DNA of 64,000 nt from an uncultured archaeon (GCA_902384555.1 CABMCD010000024.1:15615-79614), one strand, 5' to 3'. Shown: positions 8,696 through 19,521, counted from the stretch's first letter. The notes: generated by a model from the sequence alone, not told the origin. Program-made: numbers and translations.

Positions 8696-11600
8696 ATGCT
8701 GGCGTTCCTGCTGAGAAACGGGCCGTCCCCCAACTCGACGCCAGGCTCCGGCATCCAGACCGCCCCTCCGGCGGATGAAATCCGCGTCGCGCATCAGGGC
8801 AGCGAGGTCAATATCAAATTGGAGAGCGGAGAACAGCAGGCCTTCCACCTAAGCCCCTTCTATTTCAACGTCAAAATCGAGCGGGAGGCCAAACAGGCAA
8901 ATTCCGGCCCCTATCCGACCGTCAAGCCCTCCAATTCGGTCTTTTTCGGCGCGGAGTCGCCCCCGTCCGTCAGCCAGTCCCTCTACTCGCTCACCACCTC
9001 AGGCGGCATGGGAAACGTGTCCGCCTTCCACCTCAGCGACAATCTGGACGAGTTCGTGCAGTCGCTCAACGCCGACATCGCCAAGCTGCTGCATGCCGGC
9101 GACTATGCCGGGGCGCTGGAGCTGGTCAAACAGGCCCGGTACGCCATGGCCAGCGCGCAAAACAGCGTGTCCGACAGCCTGCTGAAGATGGGGCTGGGGG
9201 ATGTGAAAGAAGAGGTCGGCGTGCGCTTTGAGAAGGCGCAAAAGCCCCTGAACGCATGGGACTCCTTCTGCTCGCTCATGGCCTCGCTCTACCAGACCGG
9301 CGGGCCGGGGCCGCTCAGCCCGCTGCAGACCTTTGAGGCGCTGGACCGGACCGACCTCGTTTACCTGATGGGGGAGGGCGCATACGGCCAAATCCGGAAT
9401 TTTCTGATCCTGTACGAACAGGCCCGCGAGCCGGTGGCCCTGCATTATTCCCAATACGCCAGCCACTCGCTCAAAGACGGATTTGCAGCGGCCGAAAAAG
9501 GGCTGGGGGAGCTGGCGGCCGACATCCAAAAATTCAGGCAGTTGTGCGCCTCTGGCGCGGAGTCGTCCGAATTCGAGAAGTTGGCCGAGCGCTGGCACCT
9601 GCCCTACTCCAGCCGCCTCGGCCTGCTATCCAATCTCATCGGCCTCTACAATCAGGCGGCCGTCAGCTACCAGAACGTGGCCGTGCTGGACATGGTGCAG
9701 AACAACCGCCTCGACGCCGTGCTGGACGCCGACCCGCAATACCGGGCCATGGGCGGGGAGGAGCAGGCGGCTTTGAGGCAGGGCTATGTGGATTTGGCGG
9801 GCCGCTATTCCGAGGCCGTCGAAACCCGGCGCGTGGGCATGGCGGCGCTCTATTCGCTTGGCTGCCAGCCGGCCCGCTGGGCCTCCTTCGTGCCGACCGT
9901 GCCCGACACCAAGCCGGACGAATTGCTGACTGCGTCGGATTTGGGTTATTTCGCCCTCTGCCAGACGCTGGGCCTGCTGCTGCCGGGCGTCGGGGACGAG
10001 CGAAAACAGCAGGGCCCGCTTTTCTACGACGCGCTCAAGGTGCGCCAGCTGGGCATGGCCATGGATTTCGACGAGACCATGGGGCAGAAGCGGGACGTGA
10101 CTTCGCGCACCCGCGACTTGGCCAAGGCGGCGGGCGAGACCATGGTGAGGGGCGAGATGTCCTACGTCGACATCCCGCACCTGATGAAGAATTTCGAGAA
10201 GGAGCTGGCCGGGCAGTACGCGTCGGTGGGCCGCGAGGTGGCGACCGGCGCGATGATAGACAAGCTCTTGCGCCCCCAGAGCAACAACGACTTGGAGGAA
10301 AGCGTCGAGGCGCTGGGGCAGATGTACGGCAAGCAGGCGCTGATGATGGCGGCCGGAGGGTTGGCGCTCTTCAAGGGCTCGCGCCCGGTTTCCCAATTTT
10401 TGATGAACGCGCTGGTGGCGTGGGACATTTATGACAAGGATTACGTGGGCGCCGGCACCGTGCTGATGGCGATGTATGGCAGCCGCAGGATTCCGCTCCT
10501 TGGGCGCACCCTGCCGTTTGGGGCCGAGATGCAGGCGCTGGCCACCGGCAAAATGACCATCGACGGCTTCAAGATGGCGGCCCAGAGCTTGGGCGAGCTG
10601 AAATACGGCGCCAGCGGCCCCGCCCTCTTCGACGCGACGGCCGGCGTGATGATGGGGCTGGTCATTCCGATTTACCATGGGCAGGTGCAGATGAAGAACA
10701 TTGAGAATTTCTACAGCCAAGTGGCGCAGTTCGTGCGCGAAACCGGCGTGGAGGGCGTGGCGCGGGCCGGGTTCGTGCCGTTCGCGATGCATGTGAGCGG
10801 AATGGCGGAGCCGGGCATCAGGCTGCCCGTCCAAACCTACACCGAGTTCGGCAAGTTCGGGGGCAAAACCAATTTCATCCGAATCGAGAGTGCGGACGAG
10901 ACTTACGACATTCAGCTCAAGCAGGACAGGGGCGGCTTCAGCTATGTCTATGACGGCTCGCCCGACCTGATGCTGGTCCGCAACAGCCAGCGCGTGCAGA
11001 TGCAGAAAGGGTTCGAATACGAATTGCAGGAAGGCGATAGGTTCTTCTTCCGCCAGCCATCCGGAAAACCGGACGTGCTGCTGCAAATCGGCAACAACCG
11101 CTACGACGCGTATGAGAGGCCGCTGAAGACCGCTACGCCGACTGGAAACAAGGCCAACAACGCCTACAAGGCCGGTGAGCAGACGGCCGGGAACACGGCA
11201 AACACCGGGGAGAAAACCGGCAAGCAAACGCAGGGCGCCAAAACCCAAGAGCCGAAAAGGGCGCAAACATCCAAGCTCGAGAGCCAAAAGCTGGCGTACG
11301 GCGTCACGCTGGAGCCGGGCTCGGACGGCCAGTATTACCTGCTCAACCGCTCGGACGGCACGGCTTACATCAAGCGCAACGGGATTTTGGAGAGCGTGCA
11401 GACTTGGCCGTTCAACAAGGCCGGCGTGCCAATGCAGGAGGGAGACGCCGTATATGTGGCCGTGGAAACGGGATACAATACGGGGCATTATCAGGAGTTT
11501 GTGATAAAGGGCGGAAAGGCCGTCGAGGGCCAGCGGCTCTCGGTGGAACAGCTCAAGTTCAGGGAAGACCAGACGCAGGAAAAGAATGGCGGGAAATTCG

Positions 11601-12070
11601 AGGACTGGACCGGCACGCAAGGAAAGCAGGCCGGAGGAAGCGAGTTCAGTTGGGACAACTTCTGGGAAACGTTCAAGAACGCCCAAAAGGATTTCACCGA
11701 CCAGTACAACCGCCAGCAGAAGGAGAAGGCCGAACAGGAGGCCCAGCGCAGAAAAGCCCAGTGGGACGCGTGGGAGCAGGCGCAGCGCAACGCCAACCGG
11801 AATCGGGGAGCGGGAGGCCAGAAGCAGCAAACCGGGAAGAGCGAGGAGCGGTTAAAGACGAAGCCCCCGGCGCCCCCTACGGCGGCCGACTACAAGACGC
11901 TGGGCGTTTCGCGAAACGCCACCTACGATGAGGTCCGAAGCGCGTACCGCAAGCTGGCCAAGAAATACCACCCGGATTACAACAAGTCACCCGGTGCAGA
12001 AAACAAATTCAAGGAGCTTAGCGACGCGTACGCGCGAATCGAGAACAAGCTCAAGCCGGCGCCCAAATGA
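8696..12070 (+). CDS. 1124-aa multidomain protein with C-terminal DnaJ (J) domain
   Basis: C-terminus [48 protein letters not shown] is a canonical J-domain with HPD; the rest is unassigned. Confidence 0.85.
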   Translation: MLAFLLRNGPSPNSTPGSGIQTAPPADEIRVAHQGSEVNIKLESGEQQAFHLSPFYFNVKIEREAKQANSGPYPTVKPSNSVFFGAESPPSVSQSLYSLTTSGGMGNVSAFHLSDNLDEFVQSLNADIAKLLHAGDYAGALELVKQARYAMASAQNSVSDSLLKMGLGDVKEEVGVRFEKAQKPLNAWDSFCSLMASLYQTGGPGPLSPLQTFEALDRTDLVYLMGEGAYGQIRNFLILYEQAREPVALHYSQYASHSLKDGFAAAEKGLGELAADIQKFRQLCASGAESSEFEKLAERWHLPYSSRLGLLSNLIGLYNQAAVSYQNVAVLDMVQNNRLDAVLDADPQYRAMGGEEQAALRQGYVDLAGRYSEAVETRRVGMAALYSLGCQPARWASFVPTVPDTKPDELLTASDLGYFALCQTLGLLLPGVGDERKQQGPLFYDALKVRQLGMAMDFDETMGQKRDVTSRTRDLAKAAGETMVRGEMSYVDIPHLMKNFEKELAGQYASVGREVATGAMIDKLLRPQSNNDLEESVEALGQMYGKQALMMAAGGLALFKGSRPVSQFLMNALVAWDIYDKDYVGAGTVLMAMYGSRRIPLLGRTLPFGAEMQALATGKMTIDGFKMAAQSLGELKYGASGPALFDATAGVMMGLVIPIYHGQVQMKNIENFYSQVAQFVRETGVEGVARAGFVPFAMHVSGMAEPGIRLPVQTYTEFGKFGGKTNFIRIESADETYDIQLKQDRGGFSYVYDGSPDLMLVRNSQRVQMQKGFEYELQEGDRFFFRQPSGKPDVLLQIGNNRYDAYERPLKTATPTGNKANNAYKAGEQTAGNTANTGEKTGKQTQGAKTQEPKRAQTSKLESQKLAYGVTLEPGSDGQYYLLNRSDGTAYIKRNGILESVQTWPFNKAGVPMQEGDAVYVAVETGYNTGHYQEFVIKGGKAVEGQRLSVEQLKFREDQTQEKNGGKFEDWTGTQGKQAGGSEFSWDNFWETFKNAQKDFTDQYNRQQKEKAEQEAQRRKAQWDAWEQAQRNANRNRGAGGQKQQTGKSEERLKTKPPAPPTAADYKTLGVSRNATYDEVRSAYRKLAKKYHPDYNKSPGAENKFKELSDAYARIENKLKPAPK

Positions 12071-12226
12071 GGATTCGCGGCCCGGATTTCGGCCGTGCGG
12101 AGAATGGGGGCCCGGATGCGCGGCCAAAAGCGCGCTTCCGCTATTTTTTCATGTTTTTTTCACCTCGAAGCGGGATATGCCTATTTTAATCTATTCCCCG
12201 TTGGAGAGCTCCGACAGGTGGATTAA

Positions 12227-13300
12227 ATGGAAAGTCTTGTGAAATCCGTCCTGGGTGAGCAAGGGCCAGCTCAAAGCGAAAGCACAGATTTTGGCTCGGA
12301 CCAGATTAGGATTTGCGTGGTAGGTGTCGGAGGCGGTGGTAACAACACCATCAACCGGCTCATTCGCTCGGGCGTGAAGGGATGCGACCTGCTCGCGGTT
12401 AACACCGACAGGCAGCACCTGAACATGATCCACGAGAAGGCCAAGAAGGTGCTCATCGGAAAGAGCATCACCAAAGGACTTGGCGCTGGTGGCTACCCCG
12501 AGACGGGTGCGAAGTCGGCTGAGGTCGACCGCGGCCTCTTGGAGAAAGAGCTCGAAGGCGCTCACCTCGTGTTTGTGTGCGCCGGCATGGGCGGTGGTAC
12601 CGGTACCGGTGCCGCTCCGGTGATTGCTGAAATCGCCAAGGAGCAGGGCGCCATCACGGTCGCCATGGTCACGTATCCCTTCAACCTCGAGCGCGCGCGG
12701 CGCGCCAAGGCGGACGAGGGCATTGCGCGCCTGCGCAAGACCGTGGATTCCGTCATCGTGCTCGACAACAACCGTCTCGTCAAGCTCGTGCCGAACCTGC
12801 CGATGAACGAAGCATTCGCAGTGGCTGATGAAATCCTCGCAAAGGCCGTGGGCGGCCTGGTGTGGACCATTACCCAGCCCTCTCTCATCAACATTGACTT
12901 CGCCGATGTGCGGGCCATTGTGACGGGAGGAGGCGTGGGCTTCATCGCCGTGGGCGAGGGCAAGGGCACCGACAAGGTGCGCTCTGCCGCTGAAGGCGTG
13001 CTCAAGAACCGCCTGCTCGACGTGGAATTCGATGGTGCCAACGGCGCCCTCATCCACATCTCGGGCGGCGCGGACCTGACGCTGGGAGATGCCATCAAGG
13101 CCGGTGAAATCATCACCGAGAAGATGGATGCCCAGGCCAACGTCAAGTGGGGCGCGCGTCTCATCCCCGGCTACGACGGCAAGCTGGAAATCGTCGCGAT
13201 TGTCACCGGCGTGAAGGGAGCCAACGTGTTTGGCGCCTCCGCGGAAGAGCCGGTGCGCGCAACCGCGTCGAGCTACAGCGACATCGAAATCATTGGATGA
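12227..13300 (+). CDS. ftsZ: Cell division protein FtsZ (FtsZ2-type)
   Basis: GVGGGGNN, GMGGGTGTG, PFNLERAR, LDNNRL and PSLINIDFAD. Confidence 0.97.
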   Translation: MESLVKSVLGEQGPAQSESTDFGSDQIRICVVGVGGGGNNTINRLIRSGVKGCDLLAVNTDRQHLNMIHEKAKKVLIGKSITKGLGAGGYPETGAKSAEVDRGLLEKELEGAHLVFVCAGMGGGTGTGAAPVIAEIAKEQGAITVAMVTYPFNLERARRAKADEGIARLRKTVDSVIVLDNNRLVKLVPNLPMNEAFAVADEILAKAVGGLVWTITQPSLINIDFADVRAIVTGGGVGFIAVGEGKGTDKVRSAAEGVLKNRLLDVEFDGANGALIHISGGADLTLGDAIKAGEIITEKMDAQANVKWGARLIPGYDGKLEIVAIVTGVKGANVFGASAEEPVRATASSYSDIEIIG

Positions 13301-13311
13301 GCTGCTCATCC

Positions 13312-13339
13312 AATTTTTTCTTTTTTTATTTTCATTTTT
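13312..13339 (+). terminator. Oligo-T archaeal terminator after first ftsZ
   Basis: Long T tracts immediately after the stop codon. Confidence 0.5.
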
Positions 13340-13585
13340 AATTTTCGCGCTTTTCGTTAATCCAATTTTTGCGCACATCGTCGAGGGAAAATGCGCGTTT
13401 TTCATCCCTTACCACACTCGAATTTATTTTTTCGGTTTTTCCACGACGGATAATCTATCTGCTTTTTAAACATTTTATCTATCTACAATCCATCACGCAG
13501 GTGATTCGCGCACTCCCGATGATTGCGACCAGATTGGGGCGGCGCGAAAATGGGCATGACGACAAAAAGACGGGGGTTGGGCAGT

Positions 13586-14695
13586 ATGTTGGAAGGTTTT
13601 GTGGCCTCGGCCAAGGAGAATAACAGCGCGCCGGTTCAGCACAGCGACCCGGTCGGCATCGACGGACTGATGTCGAACGACAAAATCCGCATCGCCGTGG
13701 TGGGCGTAGGCGGAGGCGGCTGCAACACCGTGGACCGCATGATGAAGAGCGGCATCCAGTCGGCCCAGACCATGGCCGTCAACACCGATTCCCTGCACTT
13801 GCGCTCGATTCAGTCTCACAAGAAAGTGCTGATTGGAGGAAACGTCACCAAAGGATTGGGCGCCGGCGGCTTCCCCGAAGTGGCCGAGAAGTGCGCGCAG
13901 GCCTCCAAGCAGCAAATCCGCGACGCGCTGGGCGAGACCGAGCTGGTCTTCCTCTGCGCCGGCATGGGCGGCGGCACCGGCACCGGCGCGGCCCCCGTCG
14001 TGGCCGAGGTGGCCAAGGAAATGGGCGCCGTCGTGGTTTCCATCGTCACGATTCCGTTTGCGCTGGAGCGCGCGCGCATGAAGAAGGCCGTGTGGGGTTT
14101 GCAGAGGCTCGCCCCGCACTCCGACACCATGGCCGTGATTGACAACAACCGCCTGGTGAGCTATGTCCCCAACCTCCCCATTTCCGACGCCTTCAACCTT
14201 GCCGACGCGATTACGGGAAAGGCCGTGCGCGGCATTGCGGACACCATCATGATGCCCAGCCTGATGAACATCGACTACGCCGACGTGCGCTCGGTGATGC
14301 AGGACGGCGGCGTGGCGCTGATTTCGATGGGCGAGGCCCACGGCAACGACCGCGTGCAGAACGTGATTAAGAACACCCTCGACCACCCCCTGCTCGACGT
14401 CTCCTACGAGGGAGCCAAGGGCGCGCTCCTGCACATTGCGGGCGGCTCCAGCCTCTCTTTGGGCGACTCGATTGCGGTGGCGGAGGGCATCAGCAAGGAC
14501 TTCGCCTCAGACGCCAACGTCAAGATGGGCGCCCGCCTCGACCCCGGCATGGGCGATTTGGTGACCGTGACGGCCATCGTGACCGGCCTCAAGTCGGGCC
14601 AGCTGGAGGGCATCATCGGCCAGATGGGCGGCGCACAGAGCCACCCCGAGCCGGCCAAGCCCAGCTTCTCGATGGAAAGCGTGGTTGAACTCTAA
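13586..14695 (+). CDS. ftsZ: Second FtsZ paralog (FtsZ2-type)
   Basis: GVGGGGCN, GMGGGTGTG, PFALERAR, IDNNRL and PSLMNIDYAD; the start could alternatively be 13550. Confidence 0.95.
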   Translation: MLEGFVASAKENNSAPVQHSDPVGIDGLMSNDKIRIAVVGVGGGGCNTVDRMMKSGIQSAQTMAVNTDSLHLRSIQSHKKVLIGGNVTKGLGAGGFPEVAEKCAQASKQQIRDALGETELVFLCAGMGGGTGTGAAPVVAEVAKEMGAVVVSIVTIPFALERARMKKAVWGLQRLAPHSDTMAVIDNNRLVSYVPNLPISDAFNLADAITGKAVRGIADTIMMPSLMNIDYADVRSVMQDGGVALISMGEAHGNDRVQNVIKNTLDHPLLDVSYEGAKGALLHIAGGSSLSLGDSIAVAEGISKDFASDANVKMGARLDPGMGDLVTVTAIVTGLKSGQLEGIIGQMGGAQSHPEPAKPSFSMESVVEL

Positions 14696-14829
14696 GGAGT
14701 TTGACCTCCTCTTCTTTTCATTTTCAATTTGTTTTTCTTTTCAGAATTCTTCTATTCCTTCAAAAGACGTTTTCTTTTCTTTTTCCGAGGTTTTTCTTTT
14801 CTTTCCGCAGAAAGAAAAGAAAAAGCTCT

Positions 14830-14901
14830 TGGACGCAGGGGGAATCGAACCCCCAGTCTCTGCCTTGCGAAGGCAGCGTCTTACCGTTCGACTATGCGCC
14901 C
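14830..14901 (-). tRNA. tRNA-Ala(CGC)
   Basis: Cloverleaf GGGCGCA...TGCGTCCA with G3:U70; anticodon arm CTGCC-TTCGCAA-GGCAG; no encoded CCA. Confidence 0.95.
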
Positions 14902-14961
14902 ATGAAAGAAGTGACTGAATTAACCGATAAGGATTTATAAAAACGCGCCTAAGAACTGACG

Positions 14962-15612
14962 ATGAAAGTCGTTTCCCTCTTTTCCGGCGGTAAGGATTCG
15001 GTCTATGCCACCCACCTCTGCCTCGCGTGGGGCTGGGAGGCGGAGTGGCTCACCCTGCACCCCCTGCCCGACTCGATGATGTTCCACCACCCCAACACCA
15101 GCTGGTGCAAAATGCAGGCCGAGGCGGCCGGCATCGCATGGAACGAAGTGAGGGTGAAAAGCCACGAAACGGAATTGGAGGAGTTGGAGGCCGCCATCCG
15201 CCGCCTGCGGGTGGACGGCATTGTTTCGGGCGCGGTCGCATCCGAATTCCAGAAGCAGAGAATCGAAGTGATTGGCGAACATCTGGGCATTCCGACCTAC
15301 GCGCCCCTGTGGCACAAGGGGCCGGAGGTGCTGCGCGAAATGCTGGAGAATATGGAGGCTTATTTCGTGTCGGTGTCGGCCGAAGGCTTGGATGAGAAAT
15401 GGCTGGGCAAACGGTTCGGGCCGGCGGATGTGGACACTCTTTTGGCCATGAAGCCGCCCGTCCATCCGTTTCTCGAGGGAGGCGAGGGCGAGACCTTTGT
15501 GTGCGACGCCCCCTTCTTCAAGAAACGCATTGATGTGCAGGAGTGGGAAAAGAGCTGGGATGGCGTGTGCGGGCGGGCCGAAATAATGAAAGCCAGGCTG
15601 GTTGGGAAATAA
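14962..15612 (+). CDS. dph6: Diphthine--ammonia ligase
   Basis: LFSGGKDS PP-loop, SMMFH, GAVASEFQ and EGGEGETFV. Confidence 0.9.
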   Translation: MKVVSLFSGGKDSVYATHLCLAWGWEAEWLTLHPLPDSMMFHHPNTSWCKMQAEAAGIAWNEVRVKSHETELEELEAAIRRLRVDGIVSGAVASEFQKQRIEVIGEHLGIPTYAPLWHKGPEVLREMLENMEAYFVSVSAEGLDEKWLGKRFGPADVDTLLAMKPPVHPFLEGGEGETFVCDAPFFKKRIDVQEWEKSWDGVCGRAEIMKARLVGK

Positions 15613-15681
15613 GGGCTCGAAATAACAAAAGCCGGGGCTGGCCTCGAAATAAGAAAAACAGGACTTGCGGTCTTTTCCCCA

Positions 15682-16335
15682 TCAGCCGGACTTGGGCTCG
15701 GCCCCCAGCTGCTCCAGCGTCTGAATCATGGAGTTGAATTCAGCAGGGAAGACGTTGGAGAACTTGAACGAGCCGGAAATGCGGGTGTTCACCGGAATGG
15801 CCTGATGGATGGTCACCAGCGTCCCCTTGTCGGTCTGCGTCATGTCCACCGGAATCTGGGCGCGGATGTGCAGAGTGTCATTGATGCGAAGCGTGGTGAC
15901 CTGCCCGCTCTGCGAGATGGCGGTCACGGTGGAGGTGATGGGGATGTCGGCCGACACGGGGAGGCTGAAATTGGCCGGCAGGATGTCGGTAAGCGGGAAG
16001 CTCTTGTCCACCTGCACGTTGGTGGTGAGGGTGGGCGAGGAGGTGATGAACTCCTTCTGCTGCATCGAGCGCAGGTTGGCCGCAATCGAGCGCAGGGCGG
16101 CGCGGTCTTCAATCGAGATGGCCTGCTGCACCGGCTTGGTGAGCTCCAAATAGAGAGCCGAGGCGCCCAAAAGCAGCGCGATAACGGACAGGATGAGCGG
16201 CAGCGAGGAGGCGCCGCCCGAAGAGCCTGAATCGGCCACAAAGGAGTCGATGGAAGAGCTGGAAGCGGCACTGCCCGCATCGGGGGCCGGCGCGCGCAGG
16301 CCGGCGGGAAGGCGATTGTAGGAATCGGCTGCCAT
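15682..16335 (-). CDS. Single-TM membrane-anchored protein with beta-rich C-terminal domain
   Basis: TM LPLILSVIALLLGASALYL followed by alternating beta-strand pattern. Confidence 0.65.
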   Translation of the reverse strand: MAADSYNRLPAGLRAPAPDAGSAASSSSIDSFVADSGSSGGASSLPLILSVIALLLGASALYLELTKPVQQAISIEDRAALRSIAANLRSMQQKEFITSSPTLTTNVQVDKSFPLTDILPANFSLPVSADIPITSTVTAISQSGQVTTLRINDTLHIRAQIPVDMTQTDKGTLVTIHQAIPVNTRISGSFKFSNVFPAEFNSMIQTLEQLGAEPKSG

Positions 16336-16406
16336 GGGAATAGGATAGGGGTAAATGATTAAAAAACAGCGCAGCCATGAGAAGAGGAGAATCAGGTGAT
16401 TATGCT

Positions 16407-16688
16407 ATGCCCAAAGTGACGTTCAAAAATGACAATCTTACAGTCGAGTGCCCGGCTGGAACCAAGCTGGTGGATTTGGCCGAGCAGAAAGGCGCGGCAG
16501 TCAACTTTTCCTGCAAGGAGGGCGTGTGCCTCACCTGCCTGGTCAATGTGGTGTCCGGCTCCGAGAACCTCAACGCCCGCACCGAGAACGAGGCCAGCAC
16601 GCTCGAGGCCTTCGGCGCGCAGCCCAACCAGCGCCTCGCCTGCCAGATTGTGGTGAACGGCGACTGCGTGATTGAGACGGTCGGCTGA
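16407..16688 (+). CDS. 2Fe-2S ferredoxin
   Basis: FSCKEGVCLTC...RLACQ motif; AGGTGA SD. Confidence 0.92.
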   Translation: MPKVTFKNDNLTVECPAGTKLVDLAEQKGAAVNFSCKEGVCLTCLVNVVSGSENLNARTENEASTLEAFGAQPNQRLACQIVVNGDCVIETVG

Positions 16689-16696
16689 GATTTTTT

Positions 16697-17119
16697 TCAG
16701 GTTTTTTCGCAGTTTTTCAGCCATTCGCTGTTTCTTCCCAGTTTTTCGTTTAGCGCATCCTCGGCCGCCAGCCAGCGGAAAGCCGAGAAAGAAGAGGGGA
16801 TTTTGGGCTGCATGCGCTTGACGCTGCAGCGGAAAGCCAGCGCTGGAATGGAATGCTTTCTTTTTCTCGAGCCCGCATTGTGGGTGCCGCGCAGGGCAAT
16901 GAGGTGGATTTGGGCATCCAACGAAAGAGAAGAGCGAAGATAAGCCGACAGGCTCGACACCGGGTCCTCGCCCTCGTTGATGAGAATGGAGGGCAGCTCG
17001 AGTTGCTTCCGCCCTCGCTCATCTGTTCGCTCAAGGAAAAAATAGCGCCCGCTGTCCTCGAAGAGCGCGCAGACGAGGGCCGAGAGTTTGGGGGGCGTTT
17101 TGATGGTTCGACCAGCCAT
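16697..17119 (-). CDS. NUDIX-fold protein with degenerate Nudix box
   Basis: LVCALFEDSGRYFFLER...LELPS...GEDP...FRWL pattern; lacks the canonical REXXEE. Confidence 0.6.
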   Translation of the reverse strand: MAGRTIKTPPKLSALVCALFEDSGRYFFLERTDERGRKQLELPSILINEGEDPVSSLSAYLRSSLSLDAQIHLIALRGTHNAGSRKRKHSIPALAFRCSVKRMQPKIPSSFSAFRWLAAEDALNEKLGRNSEWLKNCEKT

Positions 17120-17176
17120 AAGACACACCGCCCGATTTGCATGCGAGCGCCAGGCCTGCCCTTCTTGGCGGCCTTT

Positions 17177-18484
17177 CTAAGTGCCCTCTTTCCACTCTTC
17201 GGCGTAGGCCACCTGCTCTTTGGTGGGCTTGTCCAGCACCACGCCGCGCGTGGCCAGAATGCGGGCCGCCGTGGCGTCATCCACTTCCTTGGGCACGTCC
17301 ATCACGCCGGGGACCAGCTTCTTGTTCTTGCTTTTGGCCACCAGCTCGCAGCATAATGCCTGGATGGCGAAAGAGCCGTCCATGATTTCCATGGGGTGGC
17401 CCTGACCGGAAGGCCGGGCCAGATTCACCAAACGGCCTTCGGAGAGAAGATAGAGCGTCTTGGGCTTGCCGTCCTTGCCCTTCATGCGATAGGCCGTGAT
17501 GTTGTCCTTGACTTCCTCCACTTTTGTGCTCATGGCCCGCAGGGCCGGCTCGTCGATTTCGACGTTGAAGTGGCCGGCATTGCACAAAATCGCGCCGTCC
17601 TTCATCAGCTCGAAATGCTCCTTGCGAATGACGCCCTTGTTGCCGGTGACGGTGAGGAAGATGTCGCCAACGGCAGCGGCTTCCTTGTGGTTCATCACGC
17701 GGTAGCCCTCATAGAGGGCACAGAGCGCACGGTTCTGGCCCGACTCATGCGGGCCCAGCGTGCCCTCCACTTCCACCACGCCAACTTGGGCGCCGAGGCC
17801 CTTGAAGCGCGAAGCGGCTCCGCGGCCGCACCAGCCGTAGCCATACACCACCGCCACCTTGCCGGCGAGAATGGTGTTGGTGGCCTTCATGATGGCCTCA
17901 ATGGCCGACTGGGCGGTGCCGAACTGGTTGTCGAGCAGGTACTTGGAGTGGGCGTTGTTCACCGCATAGACGGGCAGTTTCAGCGCGCCGTCCTTTTGCA
18001 TGGCCTTGAGGCGCACGATGCCGGTGGTGGTCTCCTCGCAGGCGCCGATGATTTCCTTCAACTGTTCGGGGCGCTGCTCGTGCAGGCGCATCACCAAGTC
18101 GCAGCCGTCGTCAATGACGATGTTGGGGTGGCCGTCGAGCACCGCATCAATGCACTCGTAATATTCGTCCGTGGTCTGGCCGGCCCACGCGAACACTTCC
18201 AATTTGCCGGGCGACTCTTCCGCAAGAGCGGCCACGGTGGCATCATCGGTGGTGTTGGGGTTGCAGGAGGCGCCATAGACGATAGCGCCGCCGTCGCGCA
18301 GCGTTCGGAGGAGAATGCCGGTTTTTTTCTCCAAGTGAAGGGCAATGCCGATTTTCAGGCCCTTGAAGGGCTGGGTTTTCTTGAACTCCTTGCGGATGTC
18401 CATCAGCACCGGCATGTGGGACTCGGCCCATGCCAGTTCCTGCCGGCCGCGGGCCGCCAGCTCGGGGTGTTTGATTTTGCTCAT
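17177..18484 (-). CDS. ahcY: Adenosylhomocysteinase
   Basis: HMPVL, IDDGCDL, EETTTG, GYGWCGRG, NAGHFNVEI and GHPMEIMDGSF. Confidence 0.96.
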   Translation of the reverse strand: MSKIKHPELAARGRQELAWAESHMPVLMDIRKEFKKTQPFKGLKIGIALHLEKKTGILLRTLRDGGAIVYGASCNPNTTDDATVAALAEESPGKLEVFAWAGQTTDEYYECIDAVLDGHPNIVIDDGCDLVMRLHEQRPEQLKEIIGACEETTTGIVRLKAMQKDGALKLPVYAVNNAHSKYLLDNQFGTAQSAIEAIMKATNTILAGKVAVVYGYGWCGRGAASRFKGLGAQVGVVEVEGTLGPHESGQNRALCALYEGYRVMNHKEAAAVGDIFLTVTGNKGVIRKEHFELMKDGAILCNAGHFNVEIDEPALRAMSTKVEEVKDNITAYRMKGKDGKPKTLYLLSEGRLVNLARPSGQGHPMEIMDGSFAIQALCCELVAKSKNKKLVPGVMDVPKEVDDATAARILATRGVVLDKPTKEQVAYAEEWKEGT

Positions 18485-18548
18485 AAGAATCAACGGTCCG
18501 ATACAGGGAAGCGCGGGTATAAAATTAGCATGGTGGCTATGAAAAATC

Positions 18549-19520
18549 ATGTCAGATTCCGCCTTATATGAGCTCTTTGCGCTCGGCACGCCCGTGATGG
18601 ACGGCTTCGCGGCCGTGGATGCGGATTTTCCCGCCCGGCACAAGCTGAGCTTGGGCTCCAGCAATTTCATGAACAAGGACCAGCTGGCCGTGCTGGAAAA
18701 GGCGCTGGGGCCCAACGTGCGCTCGTGGGAGCCGGGCGACAATGCCCGCAATGTGTGCGAATCCTATGCGAGATTGCAGCAGCTTAACCGTCTGCCGCCC
18801 GCAACCGCCTATGCCGGAACCTTGGGCTCCGACGAATGGGGCAAGCGGTTTTTGCATGCGCTTCAGGCGCACCGCATCCAGCCCAGAGTGCAGTACATGA
18901 ACGGCGATTCGGGGCGCATCCTCGCGCTCGTCACGCCGGAGGGCCAGCGCACCTTTGCCGTGGCCTTGGGCGTGAGCGAGCAGTATGCGATGCCGGCCGA
19001 GCTGCCCGGCTGCAAAACCTTTTTCCTCACCTCGATTACGCTCCTCACGCCCGCGCCGATTTCGCGCGTGTCGCGCGCCATGATAGAGCCCATGAGAAAG
19101 AAGGGGGCGCGCATCGCCATCGCGCTGGAATCCCCCGCCATGCTGGCGGGCCGTAGGGAGGACGCGCTCATGCTGGCCAAATTGGCGGACGTGCTGTTTC
19201 TCAACGAGGAGGAAATGCAGGCGGTCGGGCTGGACGAGCCCGGGCTGGCCAAACTGGCACCCTTGGTTTATCTCAAGCGCGGCGCGCGGGGCTCCACGAT
19301 TTTCAAGAACGGCTCCAAGCTGGCGGACGTGCCGGCGAAGCCGGCCTCCAAGGTGGTGGACACCACCGGGGCGGGAGACAATTACGCGGCCGGCGTGCTG
19401 TGGGCCCTGAATCACGGCAGGGACGAAAAAGAGGCGGCCGCCGTGGGCTCGCAGCTGGGAAGGGCGGCGGTGGAAAAATTCGGGGCGAGTTTGCCGCTGG
19501 AGTTCAGGCTGGAAAAATAG
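18549..19520 (+). CDS. PfkB family kinase (adenosine kinase-like)
   Basis: GTLGSDEWG, GQRTF, FLNEEE and VDTTGAGDNY motifs. Confidence 0.85.
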   Translation: MSDSALYELFALGTPVMDGFAAVDADFPARHKLSLGSSNFMNKDQLAVLEKALGPNVRSWEPGDNARNVCESYARLQQLNRLPPATAYAGTLGSDEWGKRFLHALQAHRIQPRVQYMNGDSGRILALVTPEGQRTFAVALGVSEQYAMPAELPGCKTFFLTSITLLTPAPISRVSRAMIEPMRKKGARIAIALESPAMLAGRREDALMLAKLADVLFLNEEEMQAVGLDEPGLAKLAPLVYLKRGARGSTIFKNGSKLADVPAKPASKVVDTTGAGDNYAAGVLWALNHGRDEKEAAAVGSQLGRAAVEKFGASLPLEFRLEK

Positions 19521-19521
19521 A

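Noticed and set aside
15579-15656. Repeated GAAATAA...AAAGCC.GGCTGG units at the end of dph6
   Set aside because: Short degenerate local duplication of the gene end; too short and irregular for CRISPR or a functional array.
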